A stretch of 64,000 nt of DNA. It comes from Ignavibacteria bacterium RIFOXYC2_FULL_35_21 (lineage in GTDB: Bacteria; Bacteroidota; Ignavibacteria; Kapaibacteriales; UBA2268). Positions 38,769 through 49,071 of the stretch are shown here, piece after piece. Position numbers and translations under genes: made by a program. Every line of letters begins with the position of its first letter. Within the stretch, counting starts at the first letter, position 1. The notes beneath the pieces were generated by a model. That model worked only from the letters and a program-made list of their open reading frames with translations, had not been told where the DNA came from and made no database searches. Location of the stretch: the NCBI GenBank assembly GCA_001804705.1, contig MHAY01000027.1:15399-79398 (forward strand). The letters are read 5' to 3'.

Positions 38769-38944
38769 TAATAATGCTTACATACCCTTTAGTAATTTTA
38801 TTAATTTGAAGAAATTTATTAAATTACATAGTGGGTTATTATTTATATTGCTTGGGATTAACTCATCCTAAATGTACAAGTATGTTTTTAATAGGAATCA
38901 AGTAATTTTTGTGTGAGATTATTTATTGTAAAAGGATAAAGGGA

Positions 38945-40477
38945 ATGAATAAATTTACAAGATATATTATTTTTTGTTTTGTATTAAATATATTTATTTT
39001 TTCAACTCAGTCATCATACGGTCAGCAGGAAAAACCTGAAAACCTGGGACCTACAATAAACAGCGACGGCGATGAACTAATGCCTGTAATATCGCCTGAC
39101 GGTAAAACCATATATTTTTGCCGTGGTGATTTTGAAGCAAATTATGGTAAACAGGACATTTGGTATTCGGTACTTGACGAAACAGGAACATGGTCGCCAT
39201 CAATTAATATGGGACCACCGTTGAATGATGAATATAATAACTTTGTTATTTCTGTTACACCTGATGGGAATACACTTCTACTTGGTAACGTTTATAAACC
39301 CGACGGGACAGTCGAAAGAGGTATCTCAATCTCACACAGAACTGCAGACGGATGGACATTTCCCGAAAAAGTCAATATTGAATATTATTATAATCTGAGC
39401 GAATATTCAAGTTTTTATCTTGCAAATGATGGTGTAACACTTCTGATGTCAATTCAAAGAGAAGATTCTTATGGAGAAAAAGATATATATATCAGTTTTC
39501 TTCAACCGAATGGTGAATTTACCGAGCCGATGAACTTAGGGCCTACTGTAAATACAGCCGGGGACGAAAGCACTCCGTTTCTTGCATCCGATGGTGTTTC
39601 ATTATATTTCTCAAGTACGGGCCTTGGGGGTTATGGCAATTCGGACGTATTTTTTTCAAGAAGGGTTGATAGTAGTTGGACAAACTGGAAACAACCAAGG
39701 AATCTTGGACCGGCAATAAACACATCCGGTTCTGACCTGTATTTGAAACTATCAGCGGCAGGTGACTTTGCTTATTTTGTTTCAACGGAAAATTCTTATG
39801 GAAAAGGTGATATATTCAGGATTCGATTACCTGAAACATTAAGGCCATTGCCTGTTTTGTTGATTTATGGCAGGGTAATCAATAAAAAAACCAGGACACC
39901 ATTGGAAGCTATTATTTCGTATGACCGTTTTCCTGATAAACTTGAAGCAGGAATTGCTCGTTCAGACCATATGGGTAATTATAAAATTGTTCTTCCCGCG
40001 GGATACCGTTACAAATTCCATGCAAAGGCAGATGGCTTTTTCTCTTTTACTGACAGTCTCGATTTACGTTTCTTGTCATTATATACCGAATTGGAGAGAG
40101 ACATTGAATTAATACCATTAGAAGACTCGATTATGTGTTTTAGAAATATCCTGTTCAATACGGGAAAATCTGCTTTGTTTAAAGAATCATTAATTGAACT
40201 CGAGAAGGTTGTGAAATTTATGACAACCTACGAAGATATTAATCTGGATGTTTATGCTCACTGTGATAGTGTTGGCGGTGAAGAAATGAACCAACGGCTT
40301 TCTGAAAAGCGATCTAATGAAGTGACAAATTATTTATTTAAACGCGGGATTGACCCAAGCAGAGTTCAATCGGAAGGATTTGGCGAGATGAGGCCGCTTT
40401 GGAGTAATACTACTCCTGAAGGCAGACAATATAACAGGCGTGTAGAGTTTAAAATTTGGCGCAATATACTTAGATAA
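38945..40477 (+). CDS. PD40/TolB-like beta-propeller repeat protein with C-terminal OmpA domain
   Basis: Signal peptide, then PD40-like repeats (NSDGDELMPVISPDGKTIYF, NTAGDESTPFLASDGVSLYFSS, NTSGSDLYLKLSAAGDFAYF). OmpA_C region FNTGKSAL...NQRLSEKRSNEV..YL...GI...R....GFGE..P........GR..NRRVEF. ATG 38945 is preferred to the track start 38909. Confidence 0.75.
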   Translation: MNKFTRYIIFCFVLNIFIFSTQSSYGQQEKPENLGPTINSDGDELMPVISPDGKTIYFCRGDFEANYGKQDIWYSVLDETGTWSPSINMGPPLNDEYNNFVISVTPDGNTLLLGNVYKPDGTVERGISISHRTADGWTFPEKVNIEYYYNLSEYSSFYLANDGVTLLMSIQREDSYGEKDIYISFLQPNGEFTEPMNLGPTVNTAGDESTPFLASDGVSLYFSSTGLGGYGNSDVFFSRRVDSSWTNWKQPRNLGPAINTSGSDLYLKLSAAGDFAYFVSTENSYGKGDIFRIRLPETLRPLPVLLIYGRVINKKTRTPLEAIISYDRFPDKLEAGIARSDHMGNYKIVLPAGYRYKFHAKADGFFSFTDSLDLRFLSLYTELERDIELIPLEDSIMCFRNILFNTGKSALFKESLIELEKVVKFMTTYEDINLDVYAHCDSVGGEEMNQRLSEKRSNEVTNYLFKRGIDPSRVQSEGFGEMRPLWSNTTPEGRQYNRRVEFKIWRNILR

Positions 40478-40524
40478 ATAAATATCATGAATTCAAATTA
40501 TTTATTCAATATTTTCATAGACTA

Positions 40525-41358
40525 ATGAAAGAACTGAAAAATAAAATAGAACAATTATACTCGACTGAATCGGATGTATCTGATTTTGATATTGCACCAA
40601 TAAAACATGAACTTGTTACAAACCTTAATACTGGAAAAATTCGAGCCGCAGAGCCTTTTAATGGAATATGGAAAGTTAATGAATGGGTGAAAAAAGGTAT
40701 TTTACTATTATTCAGATATGGGAAATTGAGTAACATGAGTCATGAAGGTATCTTTAGTTTTTTTGATAAAGATACATTAACTGTTCATCCTTTTAGTCTG
40801 GAAGATTCTGTGAGAATAGTACCCGGAGGTTCGTCAATCAGGACTGGAAGTTATATAGCAAAGGGAGTGATATGTATGCCACCAATGTATATAAATATCG
40901 GTGCATACATTGATGAAGACACTATGATTGATTCACACGCACTTGTAGGGACCTGTGCTCAAATAGGAAAAAGGGTTCATTTGAGTGCAGCATCACAAAT
41001 CGGAGGAGTTCTCGAACCGCCTGGTGCAAGGCCTGTCATTGTCGAGGATGATGTTATGATTGGAGGTAATTGCGGTGTTTACGAAGGTGTTCTTCTAAGG
41101 AAAAGGGCAGTTTTAGGTTCGGGGGTTATTCTAAATTCGTCAACAAAGGTATATGATATAATCAATGAAAAAATATTAAAAGCAGATAAAGATAATCCGC
41201 TTGAAATTCCTGAAAGTGCAGTTGTTATTCCTGGTTCAAGGCAGATTGATACTAAGTTCGGCAAAGCAAATGGATTATCGGTATCAACGGCAATTATCGT
41301 TAAATACAGGGATGAAAAGACTGATGCGAGAACTGCACTCGAACAGGCACTGAGATAA
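40525..41358 (+). CDS. dapD: 2,3,4,5-tetrahydropyridine-2,6-dicarboxylate N-succinyltransferase
   Basis: 277 aa. Contains WKVNEWVKKGILLLFR plus left-handed beta-helix hexapeptide repeats: MPPMYINIGAYIDEDTMIDSHALVGTCAQIGKRVHLSAASQIGGVLEPPGARPVIVEDDVMIGGNCGVYEGV. Confidence 0.85.
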   Translation: MKELKNKIEQLYSTESDVSDFDIAPIKHELVTNLNTGKIRAAEPFNGIWKVNEWVKKGILLLFRYGKLSNMSHEGIFSFFDKDTLTVHPFSLEDSVRIVPGGSSIRTGSYIAKGVICMPPMYINIGAYIDEDTMIDSHALVGTCAQIGKRVHLSAASQIGGVLEPPGARPVIVEDDVMIGGNCGVYEGVLLRKRAVLGSGVILNSSTKVYDIINEKILKADKDNPLEIPESAVVIPGSRQIDTKFGKANGLSVSTAIIVKYRDEKTDARTALEQALR

Positions 41359-41374
41359 TTACGAATTACGAATT

Positions 41375-41614
41375 ATGAATTACGAAAAAAAAATGGCGTC
41401 TGAAGATAAGTTAGTAAGAGATTTAAAAAAGAGTAAAATCTATATTATTGGAGCTAATCTGGCAGCATGTCTATTATTTACTTTTGCAGCATTATATCTA
41501 AAAAATTACTGGCTTTTTCTTCCTGTTGTTTTACTTTTGATAGCTTCAGTTTCAGCATTTGTTCTTTATAAAAAAATTGAAAATAAATATAGAAATTCCG
41601 GAATAATAAAATAA
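41375..41614 (+). CDS. Small hypothetical membrane protein (alternative start ATG 41393)
   Basis: 79 aa with two predicted TM helices. No homology recognised. Confidence 0.4.
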   Translation: MNYEKKMASEDKLVRDLKKSKIYIIGANLAACLLFTFAALYLKNYWLFLPVVLLLIASVSAFVLYKKIENKYRNSGIIK

Positions 41615-41685
41615 TTATTTAATATAGAAATAATAAAAAATAAGAAAAAACTAAGATTTATCATTGATTTTGAACTGAGGTTATT

Positions 41686-43977
41686 GTGAAAATTATTAAA
41701 TTATTTTTTTTATTTATTATATATTGTTTTCTTTCCCACTTAGCTTATTGTCAGTACAATACTGATAGTTTATTCCAATTATTACAAAATTCACGGATTG
41801 AAAAAAAGGCTCAACTGTCTAATAAAATCGCAACTCTTGAACTAAAACAAGACCCCAAAAAAACGATTGTATTTGCATTGAAAGCAATCGAATATGCAAA
41901 ATCAACCGGACAAAAGAATGAAGAGGTAATCGCTTATGTTAACCTTGGAGAAGGTTATTTTCAATTGAAAAAAACTGACAAGGCATTTGAATATTATTGG
42001 TTCGCTCTTGATTTAAGTAAAAAATACAATTTAAAATCCGAAATTGGTTTAGTCTTTAGTGAAATCGGGAACTCATATAAAAAATCAGGAAATAAAAACA
42101 AGTCAATTGAATATTATAATTATTCAATTAAAGTTTTCAAGGAAATAAAAGACACTGCAAGATGGGCAAGAATCTTACATCAAATAGCAGGTGTATATGA
42201 TGATATTGGTAATTACCAGGCGGCTCTTGATTATTATAAAAAATCACTTGAGCTAAAACAAAAAATCAATGACAAAAAAGGAGTAGCTAATACATACAAC
42301 AATATTGGAATCATTTACAAGGATATGGGGGATTACAGCAAAGCTCTCGAGTACCATTTAAATGCACAAAAAATATATGAGGAAACCGGAAATGCTAATG
42401 ATGCTGCTTTGTCTTTTATGAATATAGGAATTATCTATAAAAATCTTGAAGATTATAAAAAATCACTTGAATATTCTAACAATGCACTTGAAGCCTTTAA
42501 ACAAGCAAGGAATAATATTATGTATTCAAGAACTTTGAATAATATTGGCAATGTTTATGTTAAACTTAATGATTTTTTCAGGGCTGAAGAATATTTCAAC
42601 AAGGCTTTAACATATTTCATACAACTTGATGACAGAAAAATGCTTGCGAAATGTATGAATAATATCGGTAACCTGAAACTTCGCCTTGGCAATAAAGATT
42701 CGGCATTATATTATTATTTGAAAGCCAGGGCAATTCATCAGGAAATTGATGATAAACAGGGATTAGCTATAATTTATCAAAATATGGGAAATATCTATAT
42801 TGGAAAGGGTGAGTTAAACAAAGCTCTCGATTATGTTCAAAAGAGTCTTGCTATTGCCGAAGAACTTGGCATAAAGGAAATTATCAAAGATAATTATTTA
42901 TATCTCACTGAGATATATGAAGCAAAAGGAAATACAAAAAAAGTGATAGATTTCCTTAGAAAACACGAGGCATTAAAAGATTCGATTTATAATGTTGAAA
43001 TTGCAAAATCTTTGAGTGATTTGCAATATAAATTTGATATTGAAAAAAAGAATAAGGAAAATGCACTATTAAAAAAAGAAAATGAATCGAGAAATAAAAT
43101 TGCATTACAATTTATTCTTCTTACAATATTGTCTGTCATCCTTTTAATATTAATTTTAAGCAGGTATATATTCCGTAGAAAAACTTTCAAACTAATTTCA
43201 CAAAAGAATAAAGACCTCGGGGAAATTAATATCAGATTGACCGACTCCGAAAAGCACCTGAAAGAACTAAATGCCACCAAAGATAAATTCTTTTCGATTA
43301 TTGCTCACGACCTGATAAATCCTTTCAATGCTTTCATGGAAACGACAAAATATTTATATGAAAATTATAATAAATTATCAGGAAATGAAATTCGGGAATT
43401 ATTAGGGGATATTACAGAATCCGCAAAGAATCTTCATATATTGTTGGAAAATCTCCTGCAATGGTCCCGCACTCAAACAGGGAAAATTGCATTTAATCCT
43501 GATTATGTTAATATCAAATATATTATTGATAATATTTATTATCTGATGAAACTAAATGCCGAGAAGAAAAATATACAATTAAGTTATCAGGTCGATGAGA
43601 ATATTATTGTCTTTGCCGACCCGTTCATGGTTACTACTATAATGAGAAATTTAATTTCCAACGCACTTAAATTCACCATGGAAGGAGGTAATATTTCAAT
43701 TTTTGCAAAGGATAAAATTAACTTTGTTGAAATTGAGGTGAAGGACAATGGTATTGGTATGAATCCGGAAATGATTGCTCAACTTTTTAAGGTTGATGTC
43801 CAATTTACTACCTTAGGAACGGAACAAGAACAAGGAACAGGACTTGGTTTGGTATTATGCAAAGAATTTGTTGAAAAAAATGGCGGGAAGATTTGCGTTG
43901 AAAGTGTACAGGGTAATGGCTCCACTTTTAAATTCACTTTACCAAAAGCAGTTAAAGAAGTGAATAATGAAAAATGA
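41686..43977 (+). CDS. Sensor histidine kinase with N-terminal extracytoplasmic TPR array
   Basis: 763 aa. Signal peptide, about 9 TPR repeats, coiled coil and one TM helix (IALQFILLTILSVILLILIL). H-box KDKFFSIIAHDLINP, N-box RNLISNALKFT, G1 DNGIGM, G2 GTGLGL. Confidence 0.85.
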   Translation: MKIIKLFFLFIIYCFLSHLAYCQYNTDSLFQLLQNSRIEKKAQLSNKIATLELKQDPKKTIVFALKAIEYAKSTGQKNEEVIAYVNLGEGYFQLKKTDKAFEYYWFALDLSKKYNLKSEIGLVFSEIGNSYKKSGNKNKSIEYYNYSIKVFKEIKDTARWARILHQIAGVYDDIGNYQAALDYYKKSLELKQKINDKKGVANTYNNIGIIYKDMGDYSKALEYHLNAQKIYEETGNANDAALSFMNIGIIYKNLEDYKKSLEYSNNALEAFKQARNNIMYSRTLNNIGNVYVKLNDFFRAEEYFNKALTYFIQLDDRKMLAKCMNNIGNLKLRLGNKDSALYYYLKARAIHQEIDDKQGLAIIYQNMGNIYIGKGELNKALDYVQKSLAIAEELGIKEIIKDNYLYLTEIYEAKGNTKKVIDFLRKHEALKDSIYNVEIAKSLSDLQYKFDIEKKNKENALLKKENESRNKIALQFILLTILSVILLILILSRYIFRRKTFKLISQKNKDLGEINIRLTDSEKHLKELNATKDKFFSIIAHDLINPFNAFMETTKYLYENYNKLSGNEIRELLGDITESAKNLHILLENLLQWSRTQTGKIAFNPDYVNIKYIIDNIYYLMKLNAEKKNIQLSYQVDENIIVFADPFMVTTIMRNLISNALKFTMEGGNISIFAKDKINFVEIEVKDNGIGMNPEMIAQLFKVDVQFTTLGTEQEQGTGLGLVLCKEFVEKNGGKICVESVQGNGSTFKFTLPKAVKEVNNEK

Positions 43978-43995
43978 TTAGTGAAAAATTTGAGT

Positions 43996-46900
43996 TTATG
44001 GCAATATCATAAATTTTTTAAGTACGGTTTCTCCCGGATTATCACTATTCACATTAGAATATACCTTAAATAAATATATCCCCGGTTTAAGTTGATTGTT
44101 GTTATCGTCTTTCACATCCCATTCAACACCGCCATTATCATCATTTTCATAAAGTGTCTTTAATTGAGAACCTTCGAATGTCATTATGACAATCTCGGAA
44201 TTGTTTGAAATGTTTCCGAAATAAACTTCTTTCATTTCACCGAGTCTTATGGGATTTGGATATACGAAAGCATCATCGCTGTTATTCGCTCCGAACGTGA
44301 AAGCAAGGGTATTTCCTGCTCCCTCCGTCATTTTATTTCCAGTTAAAGAAATAATATTTTTTGCAGTAATCGTATAAGTTTTACCATAAGAGCCTGGTAA
44401 CTGAAGACTGCTCAAATTAATATTCACGGCAGAAGAATTTTCAGGATTAAGTAGAATGTTTTCGATTATGCCGTAAGGTTTCAAAATATAATTACCGATT
44501 ATTACCGCTATTGGATCATTGATTGGTTCAGAAAATTCAAGCTGAATTTCTTTTTTAGAAATAATTTTCAGTTTTTTTAAATATACTTCATTTATTATTG
44601 TATCTGATGGTATATTTAAAAAATACAAAGACTCTTCAGTCGGTGTTCCATAATAATCAGGAAATGAGATTGAGCTGAACCATAAAGGATTTCCCCAAAC
44701 ATTTGAAAATTCACTTATGTCTTTGTCAAAATTTATAACAAGTGAAGTATCACTTATTGGAATGCAACTGAGCGGAGAAATTAGAAAAACACTATCCGTA
44801 TTAAAAATTTTAAAATTGGACGGGTCAATGTTTTTATTTGGTATTTTTCCAGTGAAGATTAGAATCAATTCTTTTAATTTATGTATAATTACTGTATCAA
44901 GTTGAATCGGATTGTGTGTGAATACTACAACAACTTCAGAAATATCGCTTATAGAGTCATTCAATTGAGCATTAATGCTTCTTATTGCAAACCGATAATA
45001 ATTATTTCCTGATAAATTATGTACGGAATAATGAGTAGTATCTGTTTCACCAACAATCTGTGCAGTCGAATCAGTCACAAGCATGAGTACCTGACAACGT
45101 TCAGCATCAATTGAACGATTCCATTTTAAGTATGCGGTTGAGTCATTCAATGCCCATCCTTTTATACCCAGAGGCGGTTTGGGACCATTAAATCCGGTAT
45201 CATATTCAAAAAATCTTGTACTATCGAAAGTTGAAAAACCAAGCTCATTCACCCCGTTTTTATCGAAGTCATAAACTATTGCATCATTTGAATAAGAATA
45301 CGGATACCACCATAATGGTTCGATTTTATTTTTATATGTAAATATGTACATATTCGGAAAAGCAGAAATTAATATTTCGTCACCTGGTTTTCCATCGAGA
45401 TTTCCTGATGACACACCTTCTTTATAATTAATTCCTGCACGCACACCATAAATATAATCCGTCCAGATAAAATCATAAGTATTATCTGCAGTGCCCTTCA
45501 ACAACCTGAACTGCCAGACAGGTTCACCAACGTAGTTTTTTCCATATAATGAATAACTACTGTAATTTCCAACTAAGATTTCCGGTTTGCCATCTCCATC
45601 TATATCAGCAGTACAAGCGAATTGCTCTCCATCTGATATTTTATTTGTATCGCCGAAAACCAAATTGAATTGTCCATTATCATACTCATAAATCAAAATA
45701 TTTCCGTTCCATGTGCTTATGAAAATTTCATTCTTGCCATCACCGTCGAAATCTCCTTCAGCTATTCCGGGATAAGTATTTATGTTGTCAAGGTTTTTTG
45801 GTGGATTGATTTTGGATGATATTTGATATTTATTATTTTTATATGAGAGAATAATTATTGAAGTATCATCATGACAAACTATTTCATCTTTACCGTCATT
45901 ATCTATATCATATAAATCGGATGCCCAGAGATTTATGGTATCAGGACTCTGATAAAGAATTTTTGAAAATGGAGAACTGCCCTGGCTTTCGGGCTGAAAT
46001 AAAATCGTTTTACCAATACCTTTTGTCAAAATATCCGGTAAATTATCAGCATTGGTATTTCCGATTGATTTTGGTAAAAGAAAAGCTTCAGTTGAATCTT
46101 TAAGGTTAAAATTAGAATTATTAAATTCATATACTTTTGTTTTGCCATAATCACCACTTGAAATGTCATTCAGTATTATTGACGGATTTCCATCATTATA
46201 TAAATCGCCAACATGATTTGATAAATATGAAAGAGGCAAAGAATAATTTTTCATTGTAAATCCGCTTTGAGGCATATCATTTCCTGAACGGGTAAATTCA
46301 GTGATATAAGTCCACTCAAAACCATCCTGACGTTTCAAATTTACTACTGCTTCCATTTCAATATCAGGCGGGCAGATATCATCTATAACTAATAAATGAT
46401 ATTTTGTAAAATTATTAGATTCTGTCAATTCTTTATTCTGTTCAGGACTGTTTTTTGGCCAAAATTTAATTGAACAGCTTGATTTGCTGTTTGTCTCGAT
46501 CGCAATTAATGTAACTCTTTTGTCATTGTATAAAGCTGATAATATTTTTTTATTATTAACTTCAAAAATTTTATTATTTGAGAGTATCTCAAGGTTGATT
46601 CTTTTTTCTAATGTGTTTCCGTTTTTCAAATTAACAAGAATTCGAATAACTGATGATGTATCAGGCAGACTACTAAAATCAATTACTGCTAATGTATCAT
46701 GTATTTTTTGATTTGAGATAATGTTTGAAACAGGCTGCCAGTTGTTTGGGTTGTCTCCTAATCCAACAAACACCTGGTAATTATCGAATAGGGGAGTGAT
46801 AACATCTCCAATAATCGGTATGATTGGTGTTACGTTTTTATTAATATATGCATCATTTGTTGGATAGGAAATAGATAGTGATGTCCTGCCGATTGCATTG

Positions 46901-48273
46901 ACTGCACTTCCAACATTTAGAATGCCTGCCCCATAATAAATATCCCAGCCAGTGTCTCCTGCATCATCAGCGGAAGCCATGAGAATCCCCTTGATATCTT
47001 GCGGTTTTAATGTTGAGTCTAACTCGAAAAGCAATGCAGATGCCGCTGAAACATGAGGAGCCGCATAAGATGTCCCTTTATTCCATTTATAATTTCCGCC
47101 CGGAATGGTTGTTAATATGCTATCTCCCGGAGCTGTCAGAGCAAGCCTGTTCCCATAATTGCTGACTGATGTTTTTAATCCTTTCTTGTTTATAGCTCCA
47201 ACAGAAATTACCTCTTCAAAGTCAGATGGGTAATGAGGAAATTGCCAATTGTTGTTACCTGAAGATGCAGCCATTACACAGCCGAGTGAATATGCAAATT
47301 TAATAGCTTCGTGCATGATAGTTGAGGGAAAAGCTTCACCAAAACTAAAATTTAATACTTTTGCTCCTCTGAGTGCCGCATAAACAATTGCATTGGCAAT
47401 GTCGTCGCTTTCACCATTGCCAGTTGCATCAATAGCACGTACTGTTAATATTTTTGAATCATAAGCTAATCCCGAAATTCCAATATTGTTATTTCTTTCT
47501 GCAGCTACTACTCCTGCTACTGTTGTGCCGTGGCTGTTTTCATCATAGGGATTTGGGTCAGGTTCGATATAATCACCAATATTTCCGAATGACTGGTCAA
47601 CAAAATCATAACCTATAACATCATCAATAAAACCATCATTATCATCATCTATATTATTAAAGTCACCACTTATACCATTTCTGATTTCTTCCTCAGGCCA
47701 TGGTTCGAATTTCCCGTTGTGGTTAATGTCTTCTTTTGAATTTATGTACAATTGATTATTTAATTCGGGATGTAGAAAATCAATTCCTGTATCAATTATT
47801 CCAATGATGATTCCTTTGCCGGTTGCTTTTTCCCATGCCTTTGCTATATTTACCGTTTTTAATGCCCATTGGTCTTTATAATACTGGTCATTAGGTTCAT
47901 CGGTTGCTGTTTCGATATGATATATATAATTTGGTTCGACAAATTCAACATCATCTTTATTTTTAATCATTGTTAAAAGCTTATCCGAATCTATACCTGC
48001 CGGAATATTTATTGTGAGATATTTTTTTAATTCTTCGATTTTCAGATTTGATTCAGAAGACAAAATATTTTCTTTTTTAATTTCATCGCAATAATTCAGA
48101 CATGATTTGAATGTGTTTGCAGTCTGAATCTTTAAAGATGATAAATAATTCAAAGTGTTTTCCGATTTAATTGATTTTAATTTCAAAATGTAAGATTTAT
48201 TAACTGAGTTCTGTCCGCTAAGAAAAAACCAGGAACTCATCAAAATAAAAATGACAATGCTTTTGAATTTCAT
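43996..48273 (-). CDS. Very large secreted subtilisin-family (S8) peptidase with FG-GAP/VCBS-like repeats and T9SS C-terminal domain
   Basis: 1425 aa. Catalytic triad context IGIIDTGID (Asp), SHGTTVAGVVAA (His) and GTSYAAPHVSAASALL (Ser). Repeats DIDNDGKDEIV, GDFDGDGKNEIF and ADIDGDGKPEILV. C-terminal VYPNPIRLGE...GIYLFKVYS. Confidence 0.85.
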   Translation of the reverse strand: MKFKSIVIFILMSSWFFLSGQNSVNKSYILKLKSIKSENTLNYLSSLKIQTANTFKSCLNYCDEIKKENILSSESNLKIEELKKYLTINIPAGIDSDKLLTMIKNKDDVEFVEPNYIYHIETATDEPNDQYYKDQWALKTVNIAKAWEKATGKGIIIGIIDTGIDFLHPELNNQLYINSKEDINHNGKFEPWPEEEIRNGISGDFNNIDDDNDGFIDDVIGYDFVDQSFGNIGDYIEPDPNPYDENSHGTTVAGVVAAERNNNIGISGLAYDSKILTVRAIDATGNGESDDIANAIVYAALRGAKVLNFSFGEAFPSTIMHEAIKFAYSLGCVMAASSGNNNWQFPHYPSDFEEVISVGAINKKGLKTSVSNYGNRLALTAPGDSILTTIPGGNYKWNKGTSYAAPHVSAASALLFELDSTLKPQDIKGILMASADDAGDTGWDIYYGAGILNVGSAVNAIGRTSLSISYPTNDAYINKNVTPIIPIIGDVITPLFDNYQVFVGLGDNPNNWQPVSNIISNQKIHDTLAVIDFSSLPDTSSVIRILVNLKNGNTLEKRINLEILSNNKIFEVNNKKILSALYNDKRVTLIAIETNSKSSCSIKFWPKNSPEQNKELTESNNFTKYHLLVIDDICPPDIEMEAVVNLKRQDGFEWTYITEFTRSGNDMPQSGFTMKNYSLPLSYLSNHVGDLYNDGNPSIILNDISSGDYGKTKVYEFNNSNFNLKDSTEAFLLPKSIGNTNADNLPDILTKGIGKTILFQPESQGSSPFSKILYQSPDTINLWASDLYDIDNDGKDEIVCHDDTSIIILSYKNNKYQISSKINPPKNLDNINTYPGIAEGDFDGDGKNEIFISTWNGNILIYEYDNGQFNLVFGDTNKISDGEQFACTADIDGDGKPEILVGNYSSYSLYGKNYVGEPVWQFRLLKGTADNTYDFIWTDYIYGVRAGINYKEGVSSGNLDGKPGDEILISAFPNMYIFTYKNKIEPLWWYPYSYSNDAIVYDFDKNGVNELGFSTFDSTRFFEYDTGFNGPKPPLGIKGWALNDSTAYLKWNRSIDAERCQVLMLVTDSTAQIVGETDTTHYSVHNLSGNNYYRFAIRSINAQLNDSISDISEVVVVFTHNPIQLDTVIIHKLKELILIFTGKIPNKNIDPSNFKIFNTDSVFLISPLSCIPISDTSLVINFDKDISEFSNVWGNPLWFSSISFPDYYGTPTEESLYFLNIPSDTIINEVYLKKLKIISKKEIQLEFSEPINDPIAVIIGNYILKPYGIIENILLNPENSSAVNINLSSLQLPGSYGKTYTITAKNIISLTGNKMTEGAGNTLAFTFGANNSDDAFVYPNPIRLGEMKEVYFGNISNNSEIVIMTFEGSQLKTLYENDDNGGVEWDVKDDNNNQLKPGIYLFKVYSNVNSDNPGETVLKKFMILP

Positions 48274-48377
48274 ATTTATAACCTTAATTAAAATTATATG
48301 TTGTTATGACGTGAGAATGTAATGTTTTGTTTATGTGAATTTAATTAAAAATATATAATATAAGGTTAAAAAATAAT

Positions 48378-49001
48378 TTAAATATTATCTACTGTATTTT
48401 CTGGTGGTTTATCAGATTCGATTTGTTTTTTAAATACATCATTGAAGGTTGGAATTTTCTTGTGAACAATAAGCAGTAGTACAACACCGACAGAAACACA
48501 GGAATCAGCAACATTGAAAACAGGAAAATGAGTATAATGAATATTCCAGAAATTAATATCCGGTATGTCCACCTGAATGAAATCAACAACTCTACCGTAG
48601 AACAAAGGAGACTCGTTGAAAAATATTCCGTAAAAAACACGGTCAATCAGATTGCCAAAAGCACCTGCAAAAATCAACATGACACCGATTCTTACCCAAA
48701 TAGAAAATCCTTCAAGTTTGTAAAGGTAATATGCAAGTCCGATGCTTGCTATAATAGAAAATATGCTGAGGAAAATTTTACCTGCACCAAATGTAATACC
48801 GAGAGCCATGCCTGAATTTTCGACATAAGTAATTTGGAGAAAGTCTCCGATAACAGAAATGCTTTCACCGATTCTCATACCATTTAAGGTAATACCACCA
48901 AAGACAAAACCTTTAACAAGTAGTTTGGTAGCCTGGTCTAAGAGAATTAAAAATGCTGCCGATAAAAATAAAAATATTGTGTTCTTATTAATTTTACTCA
49001 T
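48378..49001 (-). CDS. lspA: Lipoprotein signal peptidase II
   Basis: Contains LDQATK, VENSGMALGI, GAFGNLIDRV, VVDFIQV and FNVADS. ATG 49001 has a GGAGAT Shine-Dalgarno site and is preferred over the TTG at 49028. Confidence 0.85.
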   Translation of the reverse strand: MSKINKNTIFLFLSAAFLILLDQATKLLVKGFVFGGITLNGMRIGESISVIGDFLQITYVENSGMALGITFGAGKIFLSIFSIIASIGLAYYLYKLEGFSIWVRIGVMLIFAGAFGNLIDRVFYGIFFNESPLFYGRVVDFIQVDIPDINFWNIHYTHFPVFNVADSCVSVGVVLLLIVHKKIPTFNDVFKKQIESDKPPENTVDNI

Positions 49002-49071
49002 GTTATCTCCACAAAAAGAAGGGGACAAGAAATTTGTCCCCTTGCAAAATTACAATATGTAATTCTTCAGC

